From Candidatus Woesebacteria bacterium GW2011_GWA1_44_23 (GTDB lineage: Bacteria > Patescibacteriota > Microgenomatia > UBA8517), in contig LCIL01000001.1 of the NCBI GenBank assembly GCA_001001045.1, positions 442-64,441 on the forward strand: 64,000 nt of DNA, in the 5' to 3' direction. The number at the start of each line of letters is the position of its first letter. Within the stretch, counting starts at the first letter, position 1. Made by a program: the position numbers and the translations under genes. Shown here in pieces: positions 8,470-18,972 of the stretch. The notes below the pieces were generated by a model that saw only the letters and a list, made by a program, of their open reading frames with translations, did not search any database and was not told the DNA's origin.

Positions 8470-10194
8470 ATGGAAGATCTAATAGCCAAGGGCAAACGGA
8501 TAATAAACTCCCAACAAAATTCGGTTCTATCTGCGACGAGTCTTATCATGGTTATGATTGTTGTCTCTATGGTATTGGGGCTTATAAGGCAGAGGGTGCT
8601 GGCCAGCTATTTTACTCCCGATTCCCTTTCGCTTTTTTTTGCCGCCTTTAGGCTTCCCGATGCGATATTCCAGGTTTTGGTTTTTGGAACTTTCTCATCC
8701 GCATTTATTCCGGTTTTTACCAAGACTTTAAAAGAAGGCGAGGCAAAAGCCTGGCTACTTGCAGGGAAAGTCGTTTCGATTGGTCTGGCGATTCTCCTTT
8801 TTGCCGTAGCCATTGTCGGATTCGGAGCCGTAAAAATTTATTCTGTTATTGCTCCGGGGTACGGCGTCGCCGGAACGGCTGAAATAGCATTTCTGGCCCG
8901 GATTCTTTTTGCTGCACAAGGATTCTTTGTCATAAGTTATGTTTTAACGGGTGTTCTTGAATCCCTGAGAAGATTTTTAATACCCGCCCTTGCACCGATT
9001 TTTTATAATCTCGGAATAATTCTCGGTACCGTCATACTGACACCCTACCTGGGGTTGACCGCTCCGGCCGTCGGAGTTGTAATCGGTGCTTTTGCCCACT
9101 TTATCATTCAATATCCGTTATCAAGAAAACTTGGCTTCAGGTTTACCTTTGATCTGAGGCCGGATGACGGCGTTAAAAAGATCGGGCAGCTTGCCCTCCC
9201 GAGGGTAATCGACTTGGCTTTTGACCAGATTGGCAAAAGTGCCGAACTTTTTCTTTCATCAATTATTTCTCAGGCCTCCTACACCTACTATACCTTTGCA
9301 AATTCTCTTCAACTTCTGCCCGTGACACTTTTTGGCACATCCTTGGCAAAAGCAGTCTTGCCCATGCTTTCTAGTGTTGAGGGAGATTGGAAAGAATACA
9401 GAAAAATCCTTTTGGCTGCAATTTATCAAGCAATATTTTTCACTTTGCCTCTTTCGGCGGCACTGATTGCACTCAGAATCCCCGTTGTACGTCTTATTTA
9501 CGGGACAAAAATTTTTGATTGGGAGGCAACGATACAAACCGGAACAATTCTTTCGGTCTTTGCTATTGCAACAGTTTCCCAGACCCTGATGTCGGTTCTT
9601 GCCAGGGCATTTTTTGCTCTGCACGACACAAAAACCCCGGTACTAATTTCTTTCATAGGGCTTGCAATTCTGGTTGTTGGTGATTTTATTCTGGTGAAAG
9701 GATTTCATCTTGAGGTTTGGGCCCTTGCTGCGTCATTCGCAGTGAGTACTATCGTTGAGGCAATAATTTTGTTAATCCTAATTGATAAAAAAGTCGGAGG
9801 AATAATTAGTTCTAAACTAATTATTCATGTTTTAAAAATTCTCGGTGCAACGACAATTTCGGGAGGAGCCATGTTTTTTATACTCAAGATTTTTGACAAG
9901 TCGGTCTGGGTAAAAAGACTCTCATTTTTAAGCGGGTTGGAGGTAACCAAGACATTCCCTTTTGAAAGATTCATGCTTGATACCCGTTACACAGGGAACG
10001 TAATAATTTTAACGGTTATGACATTTTTAGTAGGTGCCCTTATTTATACGCTTGTATCTCTCCTTTTCAAGATCGAGGAGGCGAGATATTTCATAAGAGT
10101 TGTCAGGCGGATCATGGTAAAAAGAACGCTTCCCCCTCTGCCTCCGAAAGAACAGGAACCTATCACTCCGGTCACGGATACTCAGGTTCAATAG
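8470..10194 (+). CDS. murJ: Lipid II flippase MurJ (MviN)
   Basis: Polytopic protein with RQRVLASYFTPDSLSLFFAAFRLPDAIFQVLVFGTFSSAFIPVF, typical of MurJ. Start chosen at the internal ATG 8470 to avoid overlap with rpsT; the ORF opens at 8425. Confidence 0.85.
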   Translation: MEDLIAKGKRIINSQQNSVLSATSLIMVMIVVSMVLGLIRQRVLASYFTPDSLSLFFAAFRLPDAIFQVLVFGTFSSAFIPVFTKTLKEGEAKAWLLAGKVVSIGLAILLFAVAIVGFGAVKIYSVIAPGYGVAGTAEIAFLARILFAAQGFFVISYVLTGVLESLRRFLIPALAPIFYNLGIILGTVILTPYLGLTAPAVGVVIGAFAHFIIQYPLSRKLGFRFTFDLRPDDGVKKIGQLALPRVIDLAFDQIGKSAELFLSSIISQASYTYYTFANSLQLLPVTLFGTSLAKAVLPMLSSVEGDWKEYRKILLAAIYQAIFFTLPLSAALIALRIPVVRLIYGTKIFDWEATIQTGTILSVFAIATVSQTLMSVLARAFFALHDTKTPVLISFIGLAILVVGDFILVKGFHLEVWALAASFAVSTIVEAIILLILIDKKVGGIISSKLIIHVLKILGATTISGGAMFFILKIFDKSVWVKRLSFLSGLEVTKTFPFERFMLDTRYTGNVIILTVMTFLVGALIYTLVSLLFKIEEARYFIRVVRRIMVKRTLPPLPPKEQEPITPVTDTQVQ

Positions 10195-10225
10195 TATTTC
10201 GTCTTTCAGCCTCTCATAAAGGGGA

Positions 10226-10254
10226 CTTGACATCTTTTAGCACTCGAGGTATGA
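10226..10254 (+). promoter_or_regulatory. sigma70-like promoter of the hrcA operon (TTGACA-17-TATGAT)
   Basis: TTGACA at 10226-10231, a 17-nt spacer, TATGAT at 10249-10254. The hrcA ATG at 10267 implies a very short leader. Confidence 0.5.
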
Positions 10255-10262
10255 TACTGCTA
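10236..10262 (+). promoter_or_regulatory. CIRCE-like HrcA operator (TTAGCACTC-N9-tACTGCTAA)
   Basis: Left half matches the CIRCE consensus exactly. Right half matches at 7 of 9 positions. Spacing is 9 nt. It overlaps the promoter directly upstream of hrcA. Confidence 0.7.
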
Positions 10263-10266
10263 ACCT

Positions 10267-11004
10267 ATGACTGACGGGCTTACATCAAGACAAACTCAAA
10301 TCCTTAAGACCATCATTAATGAATATATTTCCACAGCCGAACCGGTTGGGAGCGAGGCGATGGACAAGAAATACAACCTCGGGGTTTCCCCCGCGACAAT
10401 AAGAAATGAGATGGTGGCTTTAACCAAAGCCGGCTATCTAAAACAACCCCATGCCTCGGCAGGTAGGATTCCGACTCCTGTAGCAATGAAATTTTATATA
10501 AACCAGCTTATGGAGGAAAAACAAATGAGTCTTGTGGATGAGGTTCGTGCCAAGGAAGAAGTCTGGGGTGTGCGGGACAATATAGATGAACTTATGGATG
10601 AGGCAACGCACGCACTGGCGGCAAGGACAAAATCTTTGGCGGTTGCGGCACTTAAAGACAAAAAGGATAGATTTTGGCAGGCAGGGCATTCATACATTTT
10701 TAACAATCCTGAATTTGCCGAGACGGCAGCCTGTCAAAGCCTTTTTTCAATTTTTGACGAGTTTGACAAAATGGACAGACTGTTTTTTGGTATGGGTGAG
10801 CCAACTTCCCCGCTGGAAGTTTTATTTGGCGAAGAGATTGGTTGGCCAGAACTTATTCCAGTCGGGATTATTGCTACGCATTTCAACATAAAAGGTAAAC
10901 CGTGCGCTCTCGGGGTGATTGGTCCCACAAGATCAAATTACGAGACAGTGATTCCGATTTTAAGATATTATGGGGGCTTAATTGAGGAAGTCGCAAATGG
11001 ATAA
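10267..11004 (+). CDS. hrcA: Heat-inducible transcription repressor HrcA
   Basis: N-terminal winged-helix signature LTSRQTQILKTIINEYISTAEPVGSEAM...SPATIRNEMVALTKAGYLKQPHASAGRIPT. Confidence 0.85.
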   Translation: MTDGLTSRQTQILKTIINEYISTAEPVGSEAMDKKYNLGVSPATIRNEMVALTKAGYLKQPHASAGRIPTPVAMKFYINQLMEEKQMSLVDEVRAKEEVWGVRDNIDELMDEATHALAARTKSLAVAALKDKKDRFWQAGHSYIFNNPEFAETAACQSLFSIFDEFDKMDRLFFGMGEPTSPLEVLFGEEIGWPELIPVGIIATHFNIKGKPCALGVIGPTRSNYETVIPILRYYGGLIEEVANG

Positions 11005-11479
11005 CAAAAAAACCAAAAAAACCGCATCATCTGATGCGCAAAAGATAAAAATTAAAAATGTGGACAGGGCCCATGAGGAGCTGGAGACGGTAAAAGCGAT
11101 GCTGGCGAGAGCGTTGGCCGATTACGACAATTTAAGTAAAAGGATTGACAGAGAAAGGGCCGATTCGGGTAAAATAGCATCTGTAGGGATTATTATCAGA
11201 CTCTTACCGGTTTTGGACAATTTGGAAAGTGCACAGGAACATTTGCAGGACCAGGGACTGGCAATAAGCCTGGACGAATTTAAAAAAATTCTCAGCGAAG
11301 AGGGTTTCAGTGAGATTAGGCCAAGAGAGGGAGATATTTTTGCCCCGGAGGTTATGGAGGCTATTGAAGTTGTAAAAGGCGAGAGCGATAATAAGATCTC
11401 AGAGGTGGTGCTGGTGGGTTGGAAATTTGAAGATGGTATGGTTGTCAGACACGCCAAAGTAAAAGTGTCTAAGAAATAA
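10997..11479 (+). CDS. grpE: Nucleotide exchange factor GrpE
   Basis: GrpE-like coiled-coil and C-terminal beta domain ([16 protein letters not shown]...[11 protein letters not shown]). Overlaps the hrcA stop by 8 nt. Confidence 0.85.
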   Translation: MDNKKTKKTASSDAQKIKIKNVDRAHEELETVKAMLARALADYDNLSKRIDRERADSGKIASVGIIIRLLPVLDNLESAQEHLQDQGLAISLDEFKKILSEEGFSEIRPREGDIFAPEVMEAIEVVKGESDNKISEVVLVGWKFEDGMVVRHAKVKVSKK

Positions 11480-11480
11480 A

Positions 11481-13400
11481 ATGGGAAAAATAATCGGAAT
11501 CGATTTAGGTACAACAAATTCTTGTGTTGCGGTGATGGAGGGCGGTCGCCCCAAAGTCGTCCCGGCTGTTGATACCGGCAGAAATACTACCCCATCGGTT
11601 GTTGAGCCTGTCAAGAACCTCATTGGGGACGTTGCCAAGAGGCAGATGATTCTTAATGCCAAAAATACTATCTACTCGGTAAAACGTTTGATGGGCCGAA
11701 GATTTGAAGACAAAGAAGTAAAAAGAACGGCCGAAATGGTCCCATACAAAATTATAGAGGGTAAAGGCGGGATCGCCGATATTGAAATTGAAGGTAAAAC
11801 TTACACTCCTCAGGAAATTTCGGCTAAGATTTTGATAAAGCTGAAGAAAGATGCAGAGGCCTACCTCGGAGAAAAAGTTGAACAAGCGGTCATCACCGTC
11901 CCCGCATATTTTGACGATGCCCAGCGTCAAGCCACGAAACAGGCTGGGGAAATTGCCGGACTTAAAGTTGAAAGAATTATAAACGAACCAACTGCTGCAG
12001 CTCTTGCTTATGGAATGGATAAAAAGAAAGACGAAAAGGTGGCCGTTTATGATCTTGGAGGCGGAACTTTCGATATTTCGATTATTGAGGTCGGTCTTGA
12101 CGAAGGAACGGGAGTAATAGAAGTCAAAGCTACAAACGGGGATACTCATCTTGGAGGAGACGATTTCGATGCAGTAATCGTCGATCATATTGTTTCCGAA
12201 TTCAAAAAAGAAAATTCGGTGGATCTTAAAGCCGATGCACAGGCATATCAGAGAGTAAGGGATGCTGCCGAAAAAGCCAAAATTGAGCTCTCGGCTGCTG
12301 AGGAAGTAGAAATTAATCAACCCTACATTACCCAGCGTGATGGCCAACCGCTTCACTTAACGATGAAATTGACCCGTGCCAAACTTGAAAGTTTGGTGGA
12401 GGACCTTATACAAAAGACGATTAAACCGGTTGAGGCTTGTCTCAAAGATGCCAAACTTGACGCTCACGATGTTGATGAAGTGATCATGGTCGGAGGAATG
12501 ACGCGTATGCCGAGAGTGGTCCAGGTCGTTAAAGATTTCTTTGGTAAAAACCCGAATCAATCAGTTAACCCCGACGAGGTTGTTGCCATCGGAGCCGCGA
12601 TTCAAGGTGGAGTTTTGGGAGGCGAAGTCAAAGACATACTTCTTCTTGATGTTACCCCTTTGACTTTGGCCATCGAAACCATGGGAAATATTGCCACTCC
12701 CATGATTCCGCGAAATACGACAGTTCCCACAAGTAAGACCGAAGTCTTTTCTACAGCCAGCGACAACCAAACTCAAGTCCAGATAGTAGTAACCCAAGGC
12801 GAACGTCCCATGAGTGCGGACAATAAAACCCTCGGGACTTTTGTTTTGGACGGAATTCCCCCTGCGCCTCGGGGCGTTCCTCAGATTGAAGTCACTTTTG
12901 ATATGGATGCATCCGGAATTTTGACCGTTACCGCTAAGGATAAAGCCACCGGAAAAACCCAAAACATCAAAATAACGGGTGCGGTAGGACTTTCGGATGA
13001 CGAGGTCAAACGTATGCAGGAAGAAGCGGAGAAGCATAAAGAAGAGGACGAAAAGAAAGCGGATGTGGTGAAAACCAAGAATAATGCAGATGCAATGGTA
13101 GCAACAGCCGAAAAAGCCATAAAAGATGCCGGTGATAAAGTCCCGACTGACGTTAAAGAAAAAATTGAGGAAAAAATCAAGAAAGTTAAAGAAATGGCAG
13201 GTAAAGAAGATGTCGGCAAGGAAGATATTGAAGCTGCAACAAAGGACTTGTCTGATGCTTTGAGTGAAATCGGTCAGGCGATGTATCAAAAAAATGAGCC
13301 GTCTGATAAAAAAGACGATAAAACCGAAGGCTCTGAGACTGCCGAAGGGGAAAAAGGAAAGAAAGAAGAGAAAGTGGAAGAAGGGGAAGTTGTAGAATAG
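11481..13400 (+). CDS. dnaK: Chaperone DnaK (Hsp70)
   Basis: [21 protein letters not shown] and the full Hsp70 architecture. 639 aa. Confidence 0.97.
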   Translation: MGKIIGIDLGTTNSCVAVMEGGRPKVVPAVDTGRNTTPSVVEPVKNLIGDVAKRQMILNAKNTIYSVKRLMGRRFEDKEVKRTAEMVPYKIIEGKGGIADIEIEGKTYTPQEISAKILIKLKKDAEAYLGEKVEQAVITVPAYFDDAQRQATKQAGEIAGLKVERIINEPTAAALAYGMDKKKDEKVAVYDLGGGTFDISIIEVGLDEGTGVIEVKATNGDTHLGGDDFDAVIVDHIVSEFKKENSVDLKADAQAYQRVRDAAEKAKIELSAAEEVEINQPYITQRDGQPLHLTMKLTRAKLESLVEDLIQKTIKPVEACLKDAKLDAHDVDEVIMVGGMTRMPRVVQVVKDFFGKNPNQSVNPDEVVAIGAAIQGGVLGGEVKDILLLDVTPLTLAIETMGNIATPMIPRNTTVPTSKTEVFSTASDNQTQVQIVVTQGERPMSADNKTLGTFVLDGIPPAPRGVPQIEVTFDMDASGILTVTAKDKATGKTQNIKITGAVGLSDDEVKRMQEEAEKHKEEDEKKADVVKTKNNADAMVATAEKAIKDAGDKVPTDVKEKIEEKIKKVKEMAGKEDVGKEDIEAATKDLSDALSEIGQAMYQKNEPSDKKDDKTEGSETAEGEKGKKEEKVEEGEVVE

Positions 13401-13429
13401 CTTCATGTCTACAAAGACTGGCTACTACG

Positions 13430-13702
13430 ATGCACGAATTTTTTGATGCCCCTTCCAGCAGAAGAATCCGCAAAGAGACGAGAGAAAGGGCTCAGTATGC
13501 GGATAACCAAATAGACCCCGGATTGAAAAGCCTCATGAACCAGGCCCGAAGTAAATTCCAGTTGACGATGGTTGATATGGCAGACTATGTTGACGAGGAG
13601 AATATAAATAGAATTTTTGAAGAATGTGTAAAGGATGTTCCGGGGGCTCAGGAAGCGTTTGAAATTTGGAACAAATTATTCGATAGTGCCGAGATAAATT
13701 AA
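13430..13702 (+). CDS. hypothetical small acidic protein between dnaK and dnaJ
   Basis: 90 aa ORF. Its stop abuts the dnaJ ATG (TAAATG), suggesting co-translation within the chaperone operon. No family recognised. Confidence 0.4.
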   Translation: MHEFFDAPSSRRIRKETRERAQYADNQIDPGLKSLMNQARSKFQLTMVDMADYVDEENINRIFEECVKDVPGAQEAFEIWNKLFDSAEIN

Positions 13703-14578
13703 ATGGCTGCAAAAACTGATTATTACGATATTCTGGGAATTTCAAAATCCGCTACTGTGGATGAGATTAAAAAGGCTTACAGGAAACAGGCACTGGAGTG
13801 GCACCCGGACAGACATAAAGAAGATAAGGAAGCCGCTGAAAAGCGGTTTAAGGAAATAAACGAAGCCTACCAGGTTCTTTCCAATCCACAGAAAAAAGCC
13901 GCTTTCGATCAGTATGGCCATGCCGCATTTACCCCGGGAGGCGGGAATCCTTTTAGTGGTGGATTTCCCGGGGGGCAATCCGGACCATTCACTTATACCT
14001 ATACTGCCGGTGGCGCCGGGCAGAACCCTTTCGGGAACTTCGACTTCGGCGACCCCTTCGATATTTTTGAAAGCTTTTTTGGCGGAGGGAATCCCTTTGG
14101 ACGTGCCCAGCGCCAGCAAGTTCCCCGTTACTCGATAACATTGGACTTTATGGAAGCGGTAAAAGGGGTAAGTAAGGAAGTTGATGTCGGCGGCAAGAAA
14201 AGAAAAATCAAAATTCCGGCAGGCATCTATGAAGGGGCAAGAATTAATTTCGGTGACTTTACCCTATCGGTAAACATTAAACCTGATAAACTTTTTGAAA
14301 GGCAGGACGATGATATTTACGTAAGCGTGATCATCCCATTTTCGCTAGCAGTTCTTGGTGGTGAAATTAGCGTACCGACAATTGAGACCAAGGTAAAAAT
14401 AAGGATTAGGCCAGGTACCCAAGGCGGGACCATGATGCGCCTGCGTGAGCACGGCGTTCCTCATCTCCACGGACGGGGTAAGGGTGACGAATACGTCCGC
14501 ATAAACGTTTTGGTACCTGAAAAGTTAACCAAAGAACAAAAAAACATTGTCGAGCGGATGGCCGAGGAAGGGTTGTGA
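13703..14578 (+). CDS. dnaJ: DnaJ-like co-chaperone (J domain plus G/F region plus C-terminal domains, no zinc finger)
   Basis: J-domain YYDILGISKSATVDEIKKAYRKQALEWHPDR with HPD. Gly/Phe-rich linker. The CxxCxGxG repeats are absent, as in CbpA/class B. Confidence 0.85.
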   Translation: MAAKTDYYDILGISKSATVDEIKKAYRKQALEWHPDRHKEDKEAAEKRFKEINEAYQVLSNPQKKAAFDQYGHAAFTPGGGNPFSGGFPGGQSGPFTYTYTAGGAGQNPFGNFDFGDPFDIFESFFGGGNPFGRAQRQQVPRYSITLDFMEAVKGVSKEVDVGGKKRKIKIPAGIYEGARINFGDFTLSVNIKPDKLFERQDDDIYVSVIIPFSLAVLGGEISVPTIETKVKIRIRPGTQGGTMMRLREHGVPHLHGRGKGDEYVRINVLVPEKLTKEQKNIVERMAEEGL

Positions 14579-14590
14579 AGATTTCTAAAA

Positions 14591-15187
14591 ATGACTGAAA
14601 CTGGGGCTGGAATTGTTGACCGTTTGTTTCCCAGCGAGGAAACAAAATTATTACGAAAGGAACAAAATTCTTTGAGTAATCTATATAATGCGTGGAAAAA
14701 ATATGGGCACAGATTTAAGATGCCTCCTGAAAGTACCCCCATCGCCGATTTGTATCGATTGACCCAAGAGATTGGGTACAAGGTCAGGGAAGTCGGATTA
14801 GGAGCGAAGTACATTGATATTCACGGAAAAACGCAGGAAATAACCAGGGATAATTCATGCAGGATCGGTAAGGGAAACGTATTATATGTGGGTGTTTATG
14901 AACCCGGCTCTCCTTACGACCGTTCGGACTTGTGCCATGATGTGGGCGCATGCTTGACGGGGGGTAAGATCATTAAAAAAGACTGCGTTCCCTATATCAG
15001 GATAAACACGTTTAATCAGGTTACGCAACTTTCTGCAGGGAAAACGTTTTCCTTAGGAGAGCTAAGTGAAAAAAATCTACTTGATCCAAACGATAACACC
15101 AGAATCCCCGATACATATATTTTTGATGCCATTTTAGCTGGTGATATTGAAGCCAGCATGATTTCCTCGTCCTCTCGGGTCAGATAG
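14591..15187 (+). CDS. hypothetical protein (occupies the position where rimP is usual upstream of nusA)
   Basis: 198 aa with several Cys residues (CHDVGACLTGGKIIKKDC). No recognisable RimP similarity. Confidence 0.4.
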   Translation: MTETGAGIVDRLFPSEETKLLRKEQNSLSNLYNAWKKYGHRFKMPPESTPIADLYRLTQEIGYKVREVGLGAKYIDIHGKTQEITRDNSCRIGKGNVLYVGVYEPGSPYDRSDLCHDVGACLTGGKIIKKDCVPYIRINTFNQVTQLSAGKTFSLGELSEKNLLDPNDNTRIPDTYIFDAILAGDIEASMISSSSRVR

Positions 15188-15307
15188 CCTTGTTTGACTT
15201 CAATTGCTTTATAGACTAAAATTACTCTTGGAATTTGAGATTGAGCATTTGACGAGGTGGGAAGAGAAGCCCGCCTTTTTTTTCGACAAAGCCAGTTACT
15301 AAAACAT

Positions 15308-16549
15308 ATGCCAGCGGCAAGAACAGAATTTTCACAAGCACTAAAAGCTATAGCCCAGGAACGAGGCTTGGATCCCAACGTGATTTTGGAGACCATCAAA
15401 GAGGCGATCATCGCTGCATACAAAAGGGATGCCAGAGAGCAAGGCACTGAAGTAGATTCTTTTGCTTACGACGCCGTGATTGATTCTGTAAACGGTGAAA
15501 CCAAAGTTTTTGCATGGCCGCTTCCTGCTGAGGATGCCTCTGAAAAAGAGATTGAAAAAGCCAAAGAAGAGAAAAAAGATGTTACTCCCCCCGGGTTTGG
15601 CCGAATCGCGGCTCAAACCGCGAAACAGGTGATTCATCAAAAAATCCGCGAAGCGGAAAAAGGAGCAATAATGGAAGAATTTCAGGAAAAAGTAGGATCT
15701 CTTGTTTCTGGCCTCATCCTTAGGTTTGACGGCCCGAATGTGAGGATCGATCTTGGAAGAACGGAAGCCATAATGCTGGCCGAGGACAGGATTCCCAATG
15801 AAAGACTTAGCTTAAATCAACGCTTGAGTTTTTTGATTAAGGCAATTAACGAAACTCCCAGAGGAAAAGAGATATTCTTGTCCCGTGCAGATCCCCAATT
15901 CGTAGTCAAGCTTTTTGCCAGGGAGGTCCCTGAATTTAATTCCGGATCGGTCGAAATAAAAGCTATTGCCAGAGAGCCCGGGGTGAGAACTAAGGCAGCT
16001 GTATTTTCCAGCCAGACTGGCGTTGACCCGGTTGGGAGTTGTGTGGGTCAAAAGGGTGTCAGAGTTCAGGCTGTTACAAATGAAATTGGTGGCGAAAGAG
16101 TTGACATAATTCCTTGGAATGAGGACCCAGCCGAACTTATTAAATCGTCGCTTTCACCCGCTGAAAATCTGTCGGTTGAACTGGATAAAGAAAAAGCGAT
16201 AGCCAAAGTGTCGGCTCCCGAAGATCAGCTTTCGATGGCAATTGGGAAAGACGGACAGAATGTCCGTTTGACGGCGAAGCTGACCGGTTGGAGAATCGAG
16301 GTTGAAGGAAATGGTATGATTTCTGCGCCTGAAGAAAAAGCAGAAGAGCCGGCACCCGCGCCCGTTGTTAAAAAAATCACTAAAACCAAAGCCAGAAAAC
16401 TTGCCAAGAAAGCAAAGGAATTGGGGGCAAACGAACCCGAAACGGAGGATTTGAAGATAGAAGAGCCACAGACTAAAGTCCCCGTACTTAAGACGGGAGT
16501 TACCGAGGAACCGGGAGAAGAAGAGCCGAAGTCTGAAGATAATAAATAA
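15308..16549 (+). CDS. nusA: Transcription termination/antitermination factor NusA
   Basis: N-terminal domain (LKAIAQERGLDPNVILETIKEAI), S1 domain, and KH domains (GQKGVRVQAVTNEIGGERVDIIPW; IGKDGQNVRLTAKLTGWRIEV). Lys/Glu-rich C-terminal tail. Confidence 0.9.
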   Translation: MPAARTEFSQALKAIAQERGLDPNVILETIKEAIIAAYKRDAREQGTEVDSFAYDAVIDSVNGETKVFAWPLPAEDASEKEIEKAKEEKKDVTPPGFGRIAAQTAKQVIHQKIREAEKGAIMEEFQEKVGSLVSGLILRFDGPNVRIDLGRTEAIMLAEDRIPNERLSLNQRLSFLIKAINETPRGKEIFLSRADPQFVVKLFAREVPEFNSGSVEIKAIAREPGVRTKAAVFSSQTGVDPVGSCVGQKGVRVQAVTNEIGGERVDIIPWNEDPAELIKSSLSPAENLSVELDKEKAIAKVSAPEDQLSMAIGKDGQNVRLTAKLTGWRIEVEGNGMISAPEEKAEEPAPAPVVKKITKTKARKLAKKAKELGANEPETEDLKIEEPQTKVPVLKTGVTEEPGEEEPKSEDNK

Positions 16550-16623
16550 AATGGAAATTTTGGTAAATTTCATAAAAATATCTTCATAATTTGAACTTTA
16601 GCTTCCGGATTTTGCAGAAAAAC

Positions 16624-18054
16624 ATGGAAGTAAAAAAGGATACGGAAAAGAACAGTCAAATAAGACCCCCAATTGTTGTTGTTTTGGGGCATGTCGATCA
16701 TGGAAAAACATCTCTCCTTGATGCTATCAGGAAAACAAACGTTACCGCGCGTGAAGCGGGAGGGATTACCCAAAGTATAGGGGCCTCCGTTATCGAAACC
16801 AAAGGTGGGGGAAGGATTACATTCATTGATACCCCGGGTCATGCCGCTTTCGGAAAAATGAGAAGCCGGGGCGCTAAAGTTGCAGATTTTGCCGTTTTGG
16901 TAGTTGCGCAGGATGACGGGGTTCAGCCCCAGACCCGTGAGGCGCTTGCAATTATTAAGGCTGCAAATCTTCCCTTTATCGTTGCAGGAACTAAAGCCGA
17001 CATCGTCGGGGTAAACGCAGAGGCGCTTAAAGGGCAGCTCGAAAAGGAGGGCGTATTTTTTGAAGGCCGGGGGGGGCAAGTTCCGTTCATTTCGGTTTCT
17101 GCAAAGACAAATATTGGCCTGACAGAAGTCGTGGAAATGCTTGTTTTGATGTCGGAAGTGGCGGAACTTAAAAGCGACCCGGCGGGAGGGCTTGAGGCGG
17201 TTGTCATCGAATCGGGCAAGGACAAAATGGGTCCTGTTGCGACAGTCGTTGTTAGGAATGGAACTATCAAAGTTGGCGAAACAATTTTCGCTGAAGAAAA
17301 CGAATGCAAGGTTAGAGCTTTGTTTGATGATAAGGGAAAATCTATCAAGCAAGTATTACCGGGGGAACCGGCGAAGGTTTTCGGGTTTACGGGTACTCCT
17401 CCCGTGGGAACTTCAGTTGCCCGAGAGGCGAAGGAAGCGGTTATAGAACCTCCAAAACCCAAGGGAGCCTTTGACCTTAGGCGTCTCAAAGATGATGAAA
17501 TTCCTTTAATCCTTAAAGCTAGTAATGCGGGGAGTCTTGAGGCGATCGTCGCCTCGCTTCCCCAGAAAGTTGTTGTTGTGGATAGCGGAGTGGGAGACGT
17601 TACATCCTCGGACATAATAAACGCGAAGACCGGAGATGCCTACATTTTTGTTTTTGAATCAAAAATTTCAAATGATGTACTGAAACTTGCCGAGGCGGAA
17701 AAGGTAAAAGTTGAGAGATTTGAAATTATTTATGAGCTTCTGCAGCGTCTTGAGGAAATTTTGAGAAGCGGGAGAGTTGAGGTTATCGGACGTGCTCAGG
17801 TCTTGGCCAGTTTTCCCTTCAACAACAAGAAAGTTGCGGGATGTAAGGTACTTGACGGCAGAATTTCAAAAGGCGATTCATTAGTCCTGACCCGCGACGC
17901 CAAAGAAATCGGCAAAGGTAAGGCAGTTTCAATTAAAAAACAGAAACTGGAAGTTGCGTCAGTCGGACAATCTGAAGAATTCGGAGTAATCACCGAGCCC
18001 CAACTTGATTTTGCTATAGGAGACGTGATAGTATCCGTGCGCAATGGGAAATAG
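16624..18054 (+). CDS. infB: Translation initiation factor IF-2, short form starting at the G domain
   Basis: [21 protein letters not shown], and the following domain II and C domains. No N-terminal extension. Confidence 0.9.
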   Translation: MEVKKDTEKNSQIRPPIVVVLGHVDHGKTSLLDAIRKTNVTAREAGGITQSIGASVIETKGGGRITFIDTPGHAAFGKMRSRGAKVADFAVLVVAQDDGVQPQTREALAIIKAANLPFIVAGTKADIVGVNAEALKGQLEKEGVFFEGRGGQVPFISVSAKTNIGLTEVVEMLVLMSEVAELKSDPAGGLEAVVIESGKDKMGPVATVVVRNGTIKVGETIFAEENECKVRALFDDKGKSIKQVLPGEPAKVFGFTGTPPVGTSVAREAKEAVIEPPKPKGAFDLRRLKDDEIPLILKASNAGSLEAIVASLPQKVVVVDSGVGDVTSSDIINAKTGDAYIFVFESKISNDVLKLAEAEKVKVERFEIIYELLQRLEEILRSGRVEVIGRAQVLASFPFNNKKVAGCKVLDGRISKGDSLVLTRDAKEIGKGKAVSIKKQKLEVASVGQSEEFGVITEPQLDFAIGDVIVSVRNGK

Positions 18055-18961
18055 CCTACTAAGTCTTATCGATTCGGCCTCCTCGGTTCTTGTTGTCCTA
18101 CCGACAAAACCGTATTTTGATCAAGTTGCTGCGGGGCTTGCCCTCTATCTTGCGGTTCATGACAGGAAGGAAACTTCAATTTTTTGTCCCAGTCCAATGA
18201 CGGTCGGATTTAACCGTTTGATTGGGGTAAATAAAATTTCGGCCGAAATCGGAAGCAAGAACCTGACAATTAAGTTTGCCGGATATGACGCGGCCAATAT
18301 CGACAAAGTCAGCTACGATATAGACAATGGAGAATTTAAATTAACGGTAGTTCCGAAAGCGGGTCTACCCGCTCCACAAAAGGAACAGTTGAGTGTCAGC
18401 TATGCCGGGGTTTCGGCAGATTTGGTGATTTTGATCGGTGGGGCGAACGATTCACACTTTCCGGTTCTTTCTTCCGACGAACTGACCGGAGCGAAGACTG
18501 CACACATCGGAACCCGCGTGCTTGATTCAAATAAAGAGATTATGTCTTTTGCAAAGCCCGGCGCAACAACGAGCGAGCTTGTCGCCAATCTAATTAAAGA
18601 AAACGGTTTGACGATTGACGCGGAGACCGCAACCAATTTGGTAATGGGGATAGAGGAAGGCAGTGCCAGCTTCAGTTCAAGTGAGACCACACCCGAAACT
18701 TTCGAAACATTTGCGTATTTGCTACGAAGCGGCGGGGCACGTATGCCGAAGGTAAAACTTAGTCCGATGGGTTTTCCTCCCGGATCAATCCCCACAAAAC
18801 CTTTTAGGGCTCCCGTCAGCCAACAGCCTGCAACCCCCATGTCTCAGATTGAAACCCAACCCGAAGCGGTAGTTCCGGAATCCGATGAGGAAGGTCAAGA
18901 TGTAAATCCTCCTTCTGACTGGCTTCAGCCAAAAATTTACAAAGGGACTTCAGTGAGTTAA
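18044..18961 (+). CDS. hypothetical protein, possibly a degenerate DHH/DHHA1 (NrnA-like) fold
   Basis: 305 aa just after infB. Layout resembles NrnA but the DHH and GGGH catalytic motifs are not recognisable. Weak call. Confidence 0.35.
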   Translation: MGNSLLSLIDSASSVLVVLPTKPYFDQVAAGLALYLAVHDRKETSIFCPSPMTVGFNRLIGVNKISAEIGSKNLTIKFAGYDAANIDKVSYDIDNGEFKLTVVPKAGLPAPQKEQLSVSYAGVSADLVILIGGANDSHFPVLSSDELTGAKTAHIGTRVLDSNKEIMSFAKPGATTSELVANLIKENGLTIDAETATNLVMGIEEGSASFSSSETTPETFETFAYLLRSGGARMPKVKLSPMGFPPGSIPTKPFRAPVSQQPATPMSQIETQPEAVVPESDEEGQDVNPPSDWLQPKIYKGTSVS

Positions 18962-18972
18962 TATAAGCCACA

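Noticed and set aside
11505-13406. Long minus-strand ORFs (283 aa, 281 aa, 112 aa) antisense to dnaK
   Set aside because: They lie entirely inside the well-supported dnaK CDS and are low-complexity and Phe/Ser-rich. They are typical antisense ORFs in AT-rich coding sequence. Similar antisense ORFs occur inside rpoB, rpoC, fusA, infB, pnp and ftsK.
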